A DNA stretch of 64,000 bases from an uncultured Pseudomonadales bacterium (GCA_964447905.1 CAYUUK010000007.1:513-64512), one strand, 5' to 3'. Shown: positions 1 to 9,741, counted from the stretch's first letter. Translations and numbers: made by a program. The notes: generated by a model from the sequence alone, not told the origin.

Positions 1-22
1 TGATATTTTAGATTTCTAGCTG

Positions 23-271
23 TTATCTAGGTGAGTTTTTGCCAAGTCTCTTTAGCATCAAAACAGCCGTACCACCAAGAACAAACGGATAAGCAACAAA
101 CAAAAATACAAATTCCATCAGTGAGAGTGCGGCGGTGCCGTTTGCGAGACGTGTGAGCCAATCATACCAGGTGCTGAGTCCGAATTGGGCGGCGAGGGAG
201 TTGGTGGCGATAGCCACTATAAGGATGGCCCAGCCAGTAAAAAAAGTGTGTCGGATGTGTTTCCAATTCAT
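23..271 (-). CDS. Small membrane protein (2 TM, 82 aa)
   Basis: Two hydrophobic stretches. Start moved to ATG 271 (MNWKHIRH), which lies 7 nt downstream of TGcTACACT on the - strand. Confidence 0.6.
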   Translation of the reverse strand: MNWKHIRHTFFTGWAILIVAIATNSLAAQFGLSTWYDWLTRLANGTAALSLMEFVFLFVAYPFVLGGTAVLMLKRLGKNSPR

Positions 272-316
272 ACCTTCTAGTGTAGCAAAACCTGCTACAC
301 TAGCACACTCACAAGT

Positions 317-979
317 ATGGCTCACCTCAAAAAGTACTACCAAAAATACCTTGAAGATTTTGAAATCGATAGCTCCTTAGTAGGGCCACTTGTTGCGAAG
401 GGAAAGCAGCACCGTGTGCATCTGTATGGCAAGGATCAGGTTATAAAAATACCACGAGCTTCAATCTATATGCGCTCATATGGTCAGTTTACTGCAGATC
501 AGGTGGAGCGGGATATTGCTTTCATTGCGGAGCATTTTCCAGATTTAGTACTTCCAACACTGGTCTTGAGAGGAAACAAAGTTCCAGAACACTACTTATT
601 GCTGCAAGAGTACTTGCCGCACGCCGTTCCGGTAACCATGTATGCCGACAGTGTAGTGCGCGGTCAGTTACGGATACTGATGCAGCGGAATATGGAGTTA
701 TTGCGAAAGAAACACTTTTTTCTCGATATTTTCGGATACAAGGGGTTTACGGAGAGTTTGCGGGCGTTATGGCCGATGTCGAGCGCCCTCGCGCAGTTGA
801 CGAATGTACTGGTCAAAAGAACTCATGAAGAGTCTCCACGCTTAGTTCTGGTCGATACCAATTTGTCGCATCTAAATCAAAAGGGTGAGTTTCGACTTAC
901 GCATCGCGCGATCTATTTGTTTACTATTTTGCTCTCAATTGGTTTGTACTGGATTCACTTTCGCAAGATCGAGCGTTGA
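317..979 (+). CDS. Hypothetical protein with protein-kinase-like/APH-like motifs
   Basis: LVAKGKQHRV..VIKIP, LLLQEYL, TNVLV and LVLVDTN occur in kinase-subdomain order; C-terminal hydrophobic helix. Confidence 0.5.
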   Translation: MAHLKKYYQKYLEDFEIDSSLVGPLVAKGKQHRVHLYGKDQVIKIPRASIYMRSYGQFTADQVERDIAFIAEHFPDLVLPTLVLRGNKVPEHYLLLQEYLPHAVPVTMYADSVVRGQLRILMQRNMELLRKKHFFLDIFGYKGFTESLRALWPMSSALAQLTNVLVKRTHEESPRLVLVDTNLSHLNQKGEFRLTHRAIYLFTILLSIGLYWIHFRKIER

Positions 980-983
980 CCAT

Positions 984-2825
984 GTTACACTATAGCTAGA
1001 AAGTAACAATGGTTGATGGTGCTGTTTTTTTTGATGTAGATGCAATGGGCTCTGAGCGCGGTGGGGATCGACGAGCGGAGACACTTCTCCACCATGAGAG
1101 AGTACAACAGCGAATTCAGCAGATAGACTCACTAGTGAGCGAACTCAGCGGTGCCAAAAGTACTGCAGAGCAAGCTGGCCTGTTTGCGGACTCTGCACTG
1201 GCGAGTGAGCTGCAAAGGTACCACGAGCAAAATAGTGAAATTGGTGCAGAAGATACAGAGAATGTTCAGAAACTTTCCGAGTACTTAAACGAAAACCCAC
1301 AAGTATTCATCGCAATTTTTCAGGATCTGGCGTTTACGGTGGCTGATTTTTTGCGTTCGCGAGTGAGTGAGCAAACGCTCATGCTGGAAGTAGAACATAT
1401 TCATGATGTGGTCGCTAACTGTGCCCGTGTCTTTCCAAACGAACCCGTCTTGCAGCTTATTGCGGCGGTACATGATATCTATAAATATTCGTCTCCAGAT
1501 CCTGAAGGTGCGGAAAAATTTGGCACAGCGCAACTGGGACTTCACGAGTTTATGAGCACGGTCCTCGGTGGTGAGGTTCTTGCTGCTGCCTTAGAGAAGC
1601 ATGATGTGAGCTCTGAACAAGTGGAGAGTGCCACTTTGGTAGCTCGGCGAGCAATTCTTACGCATGGAAAAGGGGAATTCCCAGAAGTAACCGCGGAGCA
1701 GCTAGCGCAAGGTGAGCGATATGCCATTGATTCAAATGACTCGTTTCAAAATGAAAACGAAGCACCGTATTTGCAGCCATTGTTTGGATCGTTGTATGTC
1801 CATACCCCATTAAAAGCGGTACCAAAACACTCCGTAACTGAGGCAAATGAAGTAGAGAGAATCATTGCCGGCATGAATGCACTTGACGCAATTACCGGCA
1901 CAACGTTACACTATAGCTAGAAAGTAACAATGGTTGATGATGCTGTTTTTTTTGATGTAGATGCAATGGGCTCTGAGCGCGGTGGGGATCGACGAGCGGA
2001 GACACTTCTCCACCATGAGAGAGTACAACAGCGAATTCAGCAGATAGACTCACTAGTGAGCGAACTCAGCGGTGCCAAAAGTACTGCAGAGCAAGCTGGC
2101 CTGTTTGCGGACTCTGCACTGGCGAGTGAGCTGCAAAGGTACCACGAGCAAAATAGTGAAATTGGTGCAGAAGATACAGAGAATGTTCAGAAACTTTCCG
2201 AGTACTTAAACGAAAACCCACAAGTATTCATCGCAATTTTTCAGGATCTGGCGTTTACGGTGGCTGATTTTTTGCGTTCGCGAGTGAGTGAGCAAACGCT
2301 CATGCTGGAAGTAGAACATATTCATGATGTGGTCGCTAACTGTGCCCGTGTCTTTCCAAACGAACCCGTCTTGCAGCTTATTGCGGCGGTACATGATATC
2401 TATAAATATTCGTCTCCAGATCCTGAAGGTGCGGAAAAATTTGGCACAGCGCAACTGGGACTTCACGAGTTTATGAGCACGGTCCTCGGTGGTGAGGTTC
2501 TTGCTGCTGCCTTAGAGAAGCATGATGTGAGCTCTGAACAAGTGGAGAGTGCCACTTTGGTAGCTCGGCGAGCAATTCTTACGCATGGAAAAGGGGAATT
2601 CCCAGAAGTAACCGCGGAGCAGCTAGCGCAAGGTGAGCGATATGCCATTGATTCAAATGACTCGTTTCAAAATGAAAACGAAGCACCGTATTTGCAGCCA
2701 TTGTTTGGATCGTTGTATGTCCATACCCCATTAAAAGCGGTACCAAAACACTCCGTAACTGAGGCAAATGAAGTAGAGAGAATCATTGCCGGCATGAATG
2801 CACTTGACGCAATTACCGGCACAAC
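984..2825. repeat. Tandem direct duplication, 2 x 921 bp (984-1904 and 1905-2825)
   Basis: The copies are identical by eye except G1019 vs A1940, and the ORF track repeats with a 921-nt offset. Confidence 0.95.
1009..1920 (+). CDS. C-terminally truncated copy of the HD-domain protein
   Basis: Same N-terminal ~299 aa as 1930..3222; ends TLHYS* at the duplication junction. Confidence 0.6.
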   Translation: MVDGAVFFDVDAMGSERGGDRRAETLLHHERVQQRIQQIDSLVSELSGAKSTAEQAGLFADSALASELQRYHEQNSEIGAEDTENVQKLSEYLNENPQVFIAIFQDLAFTVADFLRSRVSEQTLMLEVEHIHDVVANCARVFPNEPVLQLIAAVHDIYKYSSPDPEGAEKFGTAQLGLHEFMSTVLGGEVLAAALEKHDVSSEQVESATLVARRAILTHGKGEFPEVTAEQLAQGERYAIDSNDSFQNENEAPYLQPLFGSLYVHTPLKAVPKHSVTEANEVERIIAGMNALDAITGTTLHYS

Positions 2826-3222
2826 GCATCAGGCCTTTTTAAAGTACAACAATGCCTACTCCAGTGAACAGGTTGCTAGCTACGGCAGTGTTGGTGAGTA
2901 TTTCTCTGGGGCCCTTTTACGGTCCTTTGACTCTACAATGGCGGTAGATGCGCTCCAGTGGCTCGCGAACGATGCGGTTGCACCGAGCATCTACGAGCAA
3001 AACGAACTCAAGGCGATGATTGCTGAAAATACAAACATCAAAAATGCTCTGCAGGCTCAAGCAAATGAAATATCGAGTAATCATGAGGTGGCGAAGTGTT
3101 TCGACGCGCTTCGAGTGGCTGTAAGCAGCTCTGATGTAGAGGCCATTTCGACTGAGCGGCGTGCATTTGATGACGCACTGCAAGGATTTATTGGGGCAGT
3201 TGTTCTCTCGCTCGAGTGGTAG
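1930..3222 (+). CDS. HD-domain (metal-dependent phosphohydrolase-like) protein
   Basis: H...HD...H...H...D pattern: EHIHDVV, AAVHDIYK, GLHEF, ILTHG, ALDAI. Confidence 0.7.
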   Translation: MVDDAVFFDVDAMGSERGGDRRAETLLHHERVQQRIQQIDSLVSELSGAKSTAEQAGLFADSALASELQRYHEQNSEIGAEDTENVQKLSEYLNENPQVFIAIFQDLAFTVADFLRSRVSEQTLMLEVEHIHDVVANCARVFPNEPVLQLIAAVHDIYKYSSPDPEGAEKFGTAQLGLHEFMSTVLGGEVLAAALEKHDVSSEQVESATLVARRAILTHGKGEFPEVTAEQLAQGERYAIDSNDSFQNENEAPYLQPLFGSLYVHTPLKAVPKHSVTEANEVERIIAGMNALDAITGTTHQAFLKYNNAYSSEQVASYGSVGEYFSGALLRSFDSTMAVDALQWLANDAVAPSIYEQNELKAMIAENTNIKNALQAQANEISSNHEVAKCFDALRVAVSSSDVEAISTERRAFDDALQGFIGAVVLSLEW

Positions 3223-3253
3223 ATATTTTGTTTTTGTATGCTACTATTCAGGC

Positions 3254-3529
3254 ATGACACATAAGAATGCATCTGAACGCGGACTTGAACCAGTTTCTCC
3301 TCGAGAGTATGACGAGATTCCAGAATTTGTGCGTACCGCACCGGAAACGAGCGAAGAAATACTCGCGCGCTGGCAAGACCCACAAGAATTCCAGAATGAT
3401 GTTGCAGCTGGAAAAGTAATCGACGCTGGCATTGGTACGATTGGTGGTGAGGAAGTCGTTCTGTTTTTCTTACCGGCTCCTGGGGATGATGATCAGACTG
3501 AATATGTGAATCATTTTGGAACCATATAG
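3254..3529 (+). CDS. Small acidic hypothetical protein (91 aa)
   Basis: ATG 3254 lies 6 nt after TGcTACTAT; the ORF fills the intergenic gap. Confidence 0.6.
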   Translation: MTHKNASERGLEPVSPREYDEIPEFVRTAPETSEEILARWQDPQEFQNDVAAGKVIDAGIGTIGGEEVVLFFLPAPGDDDQTEYVNHFGTI

Positions 3530-3736
3530 GCGCGCTACGTAGATGGCCAAATTATTGCTTGTCCAATTGTCTCTCTGCCGAGGGAACAGGGGAAAGAACT
3601 TTTGCGGGCTGTTGGTTGGCTTGAAAAAGAGAAAACCATACCCCAACATATTGGTGCATTCTTGCAGCAGATACTGGCATTTGTGCGGCGAGAGATTCGT
3701 TAGTTTTTTCTCATACCACCTTGCTACAATTACGGA

Positions 3737-4951
3737 ATGTCTCTCTTTGAAGCCTACACGAAAAAAACGGTATCCTACTCCGATTCTCTGAGTGGTAAGA
3801 ATTTTCGTTTCACCGTTTCCCAAGAGCTGTTTAGTTCTCAGTCAGTTGATCTAGTAACGCAACGCCTGTTGCGAGCACTTTCCTACGCAAAAGTGAGTGG
3901 GTACCGTAAAATTCTCTATCTAGGATGTGGCTACGGACCTCTCGGTATTGTGCTTCAGCAGCGTGAGCCAGACTCAGAAGTACATTTTGTTGATCGTGAT
4001 GCACTCGCTCTCGAGTTTACGCGTATGAATGCGCAGCTGAATGCAGTTCAGCAGAAAAAAGAGTACGCCTGCCTCGGCTATGATGGTATTTCTGAGAGTG
4101 ATTTCGATCTGATAGTTTCCAATATTCCGGCCAAAGTTGGGCCAGAAGTACTTCGCCACATGCTCTTGGACGGGCGGTATTGCATGCAGGAGAACGGCAC
4201 TGTGGCGGTGGTGGTTATCGAACCAATAGCTGCGTTTTGCCGTGAAGTGTTACAAGCAGATGACAGCGTTGACCTTTTCTTCGAACGAACGTGGCCTGGG
4301 CATACGGTGTTTATCTATCGGTTTGTTGGTCAGTCAAAAGCCACGGAGTATATATCTGCCCAGGAGCGAGGTCTGTTTGCGCGGGGCAAGTACCCGCTTC
4401 GGTTTCGGGGAAAAGAGTTTCAGATGGATGTAAGCCATGACATCGCCGAGTTTTCGCAACTGAGCTTTGATACTCGATTGATTTTGCAAGCGCTTCCCAA
4501 GCTCCCGCAACAAAAAAAGCAGGCAGTATTTCTTTTTCCTGGGCTAGGACACCTAGCAGTAGCCGCAGCCTCATTTTTACGACCAGACTCCACAACCCTT
4601 ATTGACCGGGACTTACTCGCCCTACAAACTACAAAGGCTAATCTGGTCCGCTCTGGCATACCACAAGAGAAGATTGTCTCACTCCATCAGGCTGATTTTT
4701 CGGTACCTCTGGCGCAGGAAGTAGATCTTATTTTTGGTGTTTTGCCAGAGAAAACTTCAGTTGAGGTTCTGTCTCTTTGGAAAGATCAGATTGAACGCCA
4801 ATTAGTTGCAGGAGGCACAGCCGTATTTGCATCGAGCTCAACGGCTATTACACGCTGGTTAGATGAATTATCTCGCACCCACGGATTTCGGATTTTGGAT
4901 CGCGAGAAAAATAAAGGTCGAAGTCGACTTATAGTACAAAAAAAGAAGTAA
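3737..4951 (+). CDS. RsmC-like two-domain class I SAM methyltransferase
   Basis: LFSSQSVD, LGCGYGPLG, VDRD and DLIVSNIP, followed by a degenerate second MTase domain (FPGLGHL, IDRD). Confidence 0.75.
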   Translation: MSLFEAYTKKTVSYSDSLSGKNFRFTVSQELFSSQSVDLVTQRLLRALSYAKVSGYRKILYLGCGYGPLGIVLQQREPDSEVHFVDRDALALEFTRMNAQLNAVQQKKEYACLGYDGISESDFDLIVSNIPAKVGPEVLRHMLLDGRYCMQENGTVAVVVIEPIAAFCREVLQADDSVDLFFERTWPGHTVFIYRFVGQSKATEYISAQERGLFARGKYPLRFRGKEFQMDVSHDIAEFSQLSFDTRLILQALPKLPQQKKQAVFLFPGLGHLAVAAASFLRPDSTTLIDRDLLALQTTKANLVRSGIPQEKIVSLHQADFSVPLAQEVDLIFGVLPEKTSVEVLSLWKDQIERQLVAGGTAVFASSSTAITRWLDELSRTHGFRILDREKNKGRSRLIVQKKK

Positions 4952-5013
4952 GATATTTTTGGTTTTTACCAGGATATATTGTTTCTTTTTGATGGTGGGT
5001 GTACGCTAAAGCT

Positions 5014-5199
5014 ATGTCCAAATCTTCATCTTTTCGTCCATCATGTGGTGATGCTGTCTACAGCCTGGGTTTGATTGGCGCGCTGATTTACTATTTGACC
5101 CACGCCGGAAATATTACCGAAGGTTTATGGGGGATTGGTAAAGCGCTCTTTTGGCCAGCCTATTTACTGTACAAACTCCTTGAAATGTGGCAAGTATGA
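5014..5199 (+). CDS. Small membrane protein (61 aa)
   Basis: AVYSLGLIGALIYY...KALFWPAYLLY; its stop overlaps the next start (ATGA). Confidence 0.65.
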   Translation: MSKSSSFRPSCGDAVYSLGLIGALIYYLTHAGNITEGLWGIGKALFWPAYLLYKLLEMWQV

Positions 5200-5585
5200 C
5201 CAGAAAAAAGATTGTATTAATCCTTGGCGGTACTGCTGCTGGGGCTCTAGTGTTTGGTTTTCTCACTTTTGTGGCCGCAAGTATCTGGATTGGCTCAGCT
5301 GTACAGAAAAACTGCCGCGTAGCGGTTGAGAAATACGGTGGAGAGTGCGTAGACGCTCTCGTGAGTGAGTTCACTGATCCCTCGCAGACCTATACCGAGA
5401 GAAACGACGCCATCTGGGCGCTGGGTCAACTCGGAGATGAGAAAGCGCTGTCTGTTTTGCAAGCGTATTACACAGGAGAGATGGAGAAAACTGCGTATTC
5501 AGAAGAAATTTCTCAATACGAACTCAGTAAAGCAATTCAATTGCTAGAGTCTGGTTTTAACCCGACCCACTGGTTCCGTTTCTAG
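5196..5585 (+). CDS. Membrane-anchored HEAT/PBS-repeat protein
   Basis: N-terminal TM; ERNDAIWALGQLGDEKALSVL is a HEAT-like motif. Confidence 0.7.
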   Translation: MTRKKIVLILGGTAAGALVFGFLTFVAASIWIGSAVQKNCRVAVEKYGGECVDALVSEFTDPSQTYTERNDAIWALGQLGDEKALSVLQAYYTGEMEKTAYSEEISQYELSKAIQLLESGFNPTHWFRF

Positions 5586-5602
5586 ATTCTCTCTGTTCTT
5601 GG

Positions 5603-7640
5603 TTATTTTTTTAGAGGTAGTTTCTTGGCGAGGAGTGTCGCTATTCCCAGTGTGGGGAAGAATGCCATGAGGACCCAATACGTTTGCGCTTGGGGTGATT
5701 GAAACGGAACCGAAAGTGTATTCCAAGCCAGTTGGAGCAGAGCTGATGGGTTCTGTACGAGTTCTTTTTTGTTTGGGAAGTACACGGTATAGAATCGAGT
5801 TATACCTTGTTCGCCTATCCAGAGTGAGACGCTTGGAATGGGTGTATCGACTGCTAGTGACAGGGCATAAGCCTGGCCTTTGGAATCAGCTTGTATTGGT
5901 AAGCCAATGGGGAAATTTCGGCCGTCATGCAAGATAAGCAGACTGTGACGACTTGTGGTGATAGTTTCCGTATTTTTGAGGATTGAGGTGACGAGATATG
6001 GTATGCCTTGGTTTTTTTCTTCCTCTGTTTCTTCTCGGAGGCGGCGATCAAGAGAAACGAGGATCATCCCCAAGTTGTCTTGGTATGCCGTGAATGGCAC
6101 AGTAACCGATTCTTCCATGAGCGAGATACGATCTTGGGAAATGGTTTCTTCGTGAGCATGTACAAAAGCCGTAAGTGGCAGCGGCGGTCTTTGTCCCACC
6201 CAGACCACCAGTGTGGCAAACACGAGCAGAATGACAAAAAGATACCAGGGATGAAAACGAAAACGCGGTGTGCGCAGGGATTTCCACCACTGCGTAAAGG
6301 TTTGCTGGAAGTAGTTGGGTCGTAGAAATTCCGAGGTTTCTTTATTGGCCTGTTTGCCGCGTGAGAAGTACGGTTTTTCGAGATAGGTGTTGAGACCAAT
6401 ACTTAAAAACAGAGTCAGTGCTGCTGATATTCCAGCAATCCAGAGTGTGCTGAGAAGTGAAGTAGGGGCCCCATTTTTGGTAAAAATCTCAATGGCAATC
6501 GTGTGTGTGAGGTAGATCGAGTAGCTCAGTGTTCCCAACCACACGAGCAGTTTGGATTCAAAGAACTGGGCGAACCGATTCTTTCCGAGAGTCACTGCCA
6601 GCACACCAGCTAGCGGAAGAGCCAGGAGCATCTGAATGGCGCTGTGTGAGTAGCTAGGGAAAAATGTGAAGAGAACCGGGGTGCCGAGAAGTATGATGGT
6701 AGCTAGGCTCGCGCCGATGAGGGAGCGTTCTTGCATGAAGCGGTGGAAGAAATGCCAAGATGGTGGGCGAGTGATTTCCCACTGCGCTACCAAATAACCC
6801 ATGATGAAGTAAACAAAGTACCCGATATTGAGAATATGAAATCCAAGCACTGAGTGTGCCGCTAATGAGAGTCCATAGAAACTAATGAGGCTAGCGATCA
6901 CGGCGAGTGTTTGGAGCACTCTATTGCGAGTAAGCGCAAAAAAGCGGAACAGTGGCAGGAGGAGAATTGGGTACAAAAGATAAAATAAAACCTCAATGGT
7001 CAGACTCCAATACACGCCGTCAAGTTGACCAATATAGACGCCAAACGGCAATGTCATGGTGCCGTTTACGGCCACAGTGGCTACCATCTGGAGCCATTTG
7101 CTCCACTCAAGATAAAACACTGGTGCCGGAGTCATTGGTAGAAGGAAGACATACCACAGTGCCACCGCGATTTGGAGAGCAAAGAATGTGAAGAAGAGTG
7201 CTTTTTCGATTGGTGCTTCGGCTGCGCTTCTTTGTATTTTTCGCCACAATGTGCCAAAGCTCCACGCTACTCCCAGGACAATAACCGAGACAACCAGTGG
7301 ATTCATATATTCCCAGAAAAAACGTATACAACCCAGACTCACAACCATTCCAAGAAGTGGGGGAAAAACGCGAGCGTAGCGTTTTAGCCAGAATGACCAG
7401 ACATTGGGAATCGTGCCGTACAGCTTGCCAATGAGGAAGCCACTCAATAAAAAGAGAAAAATGACCCCAGTTTTGCCATTCTGTGTGAGGATTTGATGCA
7501 GAAAAAAAGAGCTCATTGGGAAGTGCCGCACCAAGTGGAGCGAGTCGTAAGTGGTTCAGAAAAACAAGGATAACCGCAAAGCCGCGTAATCCGTCGAGTG
7601 CGAGAATTCTGGGACGAGAACGAACGTTTTTGTTACTCAT
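5603..7640 (-). pseudogene. OafA/AT3-family membrane O-acyltransferase, frameshifted at the A7 tract 7502-7508
   Basis: N-terminal ILALDGLRGFAVILVFLNH lies in a different frame from GVIFLFLLSGFLI, YWSLTIEVLFY and LSYSIYLTH. May be a sequencing indel. Confidence 0.75.
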
Positions 7641-7734
7641 GTTGAATTCGTTTTTTGACAACACTCATGACAGCATCATAGCACTTTTTTCATCCGCATT
7701 TTATGCAAAACCCAAATGGGTATATCATAGAGTC

Positions 7735-9534
7735 ATGAAGAAACTTTTCCATGTGTTGGCAGCGTGTGCTGTATTTGTGAGTACAGTCGCGCCAGTGTTT
7801 GCTGTGGAAAGCATTGCAAGTTTTCAGTCGCAAATACAGGTTTTTCCAGATTCAGATTTACAGATTACTGAGCGAATTCTGTATACAACTACGGAAGAAA
7901 AGCACGGTATTTATCGCTATATTCCGGAGCGCTACGCTCGCTCTGGTTGGAATCAACAGGCAAGAATTCACGTTGACTCCGTCGCAGATTTTTCAAGTGA
8001 ACCAATTCCGTATGAGCTTTCACGCGAGAGTGGAAATGTGGTTTTGAAAATTGGTGATCCAGATACCACGTTTGTGGGGGAGCAAGAGTATGAGATTCAG
8101 TACACTGTGCAGAATGGCGTACAGTTTTTGCGTTCTGAGCAAGTGCCAGACAGTGATTTAGAGGGTGCTCCGTACTTACCTGAGTTGTACTGGGACATTA
8201 CTGGAGAGGGCTGGCAAGTGCCGATTGCGAGTGTGGCTGCGGAGGTGCGCGCGCCGCACGCCGGCGTGCGGCGCGCGCAGTGCTACTCCGGAGCCTATGG
8301 CGGTGATGATCAGCTCTGCCAGGTGATTATCACCGATGCGGGTGAGGCCGTGCAATTCATGTACACCGAAACAATTTCTGAGGGCGATAACATGACTGTC
8401 GCCGTGCAATTTGATCCCACCGCCGCGTGGGAATACCCTACAGAGCAAGAGCTGTGGTGGCGTCGAGTGCGCGAGAATGCTTTGATTTTGCCACTCTTTT
8501 TACCAGGGAGTATCCTTGTCTTTTCGTGGTGGAAGTGGGGACGAGATCGCGAGTTTGTGTCTTGGAATGTGTGGAACGACAGCGATGATCGACCGCAGCG
8601 CTGGGCACCACTCTTTTCTCGCCGCCAAGTGCCGTTTGCGTATGAGCCACCAACAGACCTCACTCCTGGTCAATCTGGTGCTATGCTCGATAATCGTGTC
8701 GATGCTCAAGATGTTATTGCCGAGATTCTGGATTTGGCAAGAAAAAAGTTTCTACGTATTGAAGCCGTTGAGAAGAAAAAGATGCTTTGGGGAAAGGAAA
8801 CAGACTATCGGTTCGTGCGACTGAAAAAATCAGATTCTGGTTTGCCAGAATACCAATCATACTTGCTCGAACACCTGTTTCCGAAAGATGCAGAAGAAAG
8901 CACACTTTCTGAGCTGAAAGGGAGTTTTTCCACCCACTTTGCCAAGGTGCAGCAGCAGTTAATGAGGTCCCTAGTCGCCGCAGGCTACAACCGCCACAAT
9001 CCAACACAAACGCGTGGTGGAGTATTTGGCTTAGCCATCATTTTGAGTGGTGCCGGTTTTGTATGGAGTTTCGTCTTGTTAGAGAGAGGGCTGTATTGGG
9101 GGTTAGGTCTGGCGCTGGTGTCTGGTGTGGTCAGTCTCGCTCTGGCGGCAGTTTTTTCAGTTCGCACGGCTCGAGGAAGAAATGCCTACTGGCGTGCCCG
9201 CGGCCTGAAGAAAATGATCCAAGCCGGGGCGTGGCGGCAGGAGATTCAAGAAAAACACCTCTTTATTGAAGAAGTGTTCCCATATGCGGTTGCGTACGGA
9301 GTGGTCAAGAAACTCAGTACGGACATGGAAGATTTACAGGTTGCACCGCCAGAATATTTGTCGAACTCCGCTCTGGTGCCATTTACCACTGCACATTTTG
9401 TGCAGCATTTTTCAGAAACAGCCGCTCAATCACTCTCGTATAATCCCAATTCAGGAAGCTACAGCTCAGGGTCTGGTTTTTCTGGCGGGTTTTCTGGAGG
9501 CGGCGGCGGAGGTGGCGGCGGTAGGAGTTGGTAG
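7735..9534 (+). CDS. DUF2207 family membrane protein
   Basis: Signal peptide, ITERI..KHGIYRYIP, ELYWDITG, PYAVAYG and a Gly-rich C-terminus ending GGGGGGRSW. Start reassigned to MKKLFH. Confidence 0.85.
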   Translation: MKKLFHVLAACAVFVSTVAPVFAVESIASFQSQIQVFPDSDLQITERILYTTTEEKHGIYRYIPERYARSGWNQQARIHVDSVADFSSEPIPYELSRESGNVVLKIGDPDTTFVGEQEYEIQYTVQNGVQFLRSEQVPDSDLEGAPYLPELYWDITGEGWQVPIASVAAEVRAPHAGVRRAQCYSGAYGGDDQLCQVIITDAGEAVQFMYTETISEGDNMTVAVQFDPTAAWEYPTEQELWWRRVRENALILPLFLPGSILVFSWWKWGRDREFVSWNVWNDSDDRPQRWAPLFSRRQVPFAYEPPTDLTPGQSGAMLDNRVDAQDVIAEILDLARKKFLRIEAVEKKKMLWGKETDYRFVRLKKSDSGLPEYQSYLLEHLFPKDAEESTLSELKGSFSTHFAKVQQQLMRSLVAAGYNRHNPTQTRGGVFGLAIILSGAGFVWSFVLLERGLYWGLGLALVSGVVSLALAAVFSVRTARGRNAYWRARGLKKMIQAGAWRQEIQEKHLFIEEVFPYAVAYGVVKKLSTDMEDLQVAPPEYLSNSALVPFTTAHFVQHFSETAAQSLSYNPNSGSYSSGSGFSGGFSGGGGGGGGGRSW

Positions 9535-9588
9535 ATTCGTGCAGAGAATGCTGTACAATAATTCTCCACAACGAAGACATTGAGGTAT

Positions 9589-9741
9589 ATGGGATATTTA
9601 GATTCTAAAAAAAAGTCAAAGAAAAAAGAACGTGAGCACGTTTCTATGGCTCGTATGGGTAGTCATCAGTCTGTTCGCCCGAGTGGGCAGAACTCCGGTG
9701 GCCAAAAGAATATGCTGAGTCGCCGCAAAGGTGAGCGCTAA
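9589..9741 (+). CDS. Small basic protein (50 aa), absent from the ORF track
   Basis: MGYLDSKKKSKKKERE...LSRRKGER*; GAGG SD at 9582-9585 and TACAAT upstream. Confidence 0.55.
   Translation: MGYLDSKKKSKKKEREHVSMARMGSHQSVRPSGQNSGGQKNMLSRRKGER

Noticed and set aside
3543-3791. 82-aa ORF (and 3470..3823 on the - strand) upstream of the methyltransferase
   Set aside because: No motif, unusual composition and overlap with better-supported genes.
7516-7734. N-terminal extension of the DUF2207 ORF in the ORF track
   Set aside because: It overlaps the true 5' end of the acyltransferase on the - strand; the signal peptide and -10 support ATG 7735.
9463-9531. GGC/GGT-rich low-complexity repeat
   Set aside because: It encodes the normal Gly/Ser-rich C-terminus of DUF2207 proteins.
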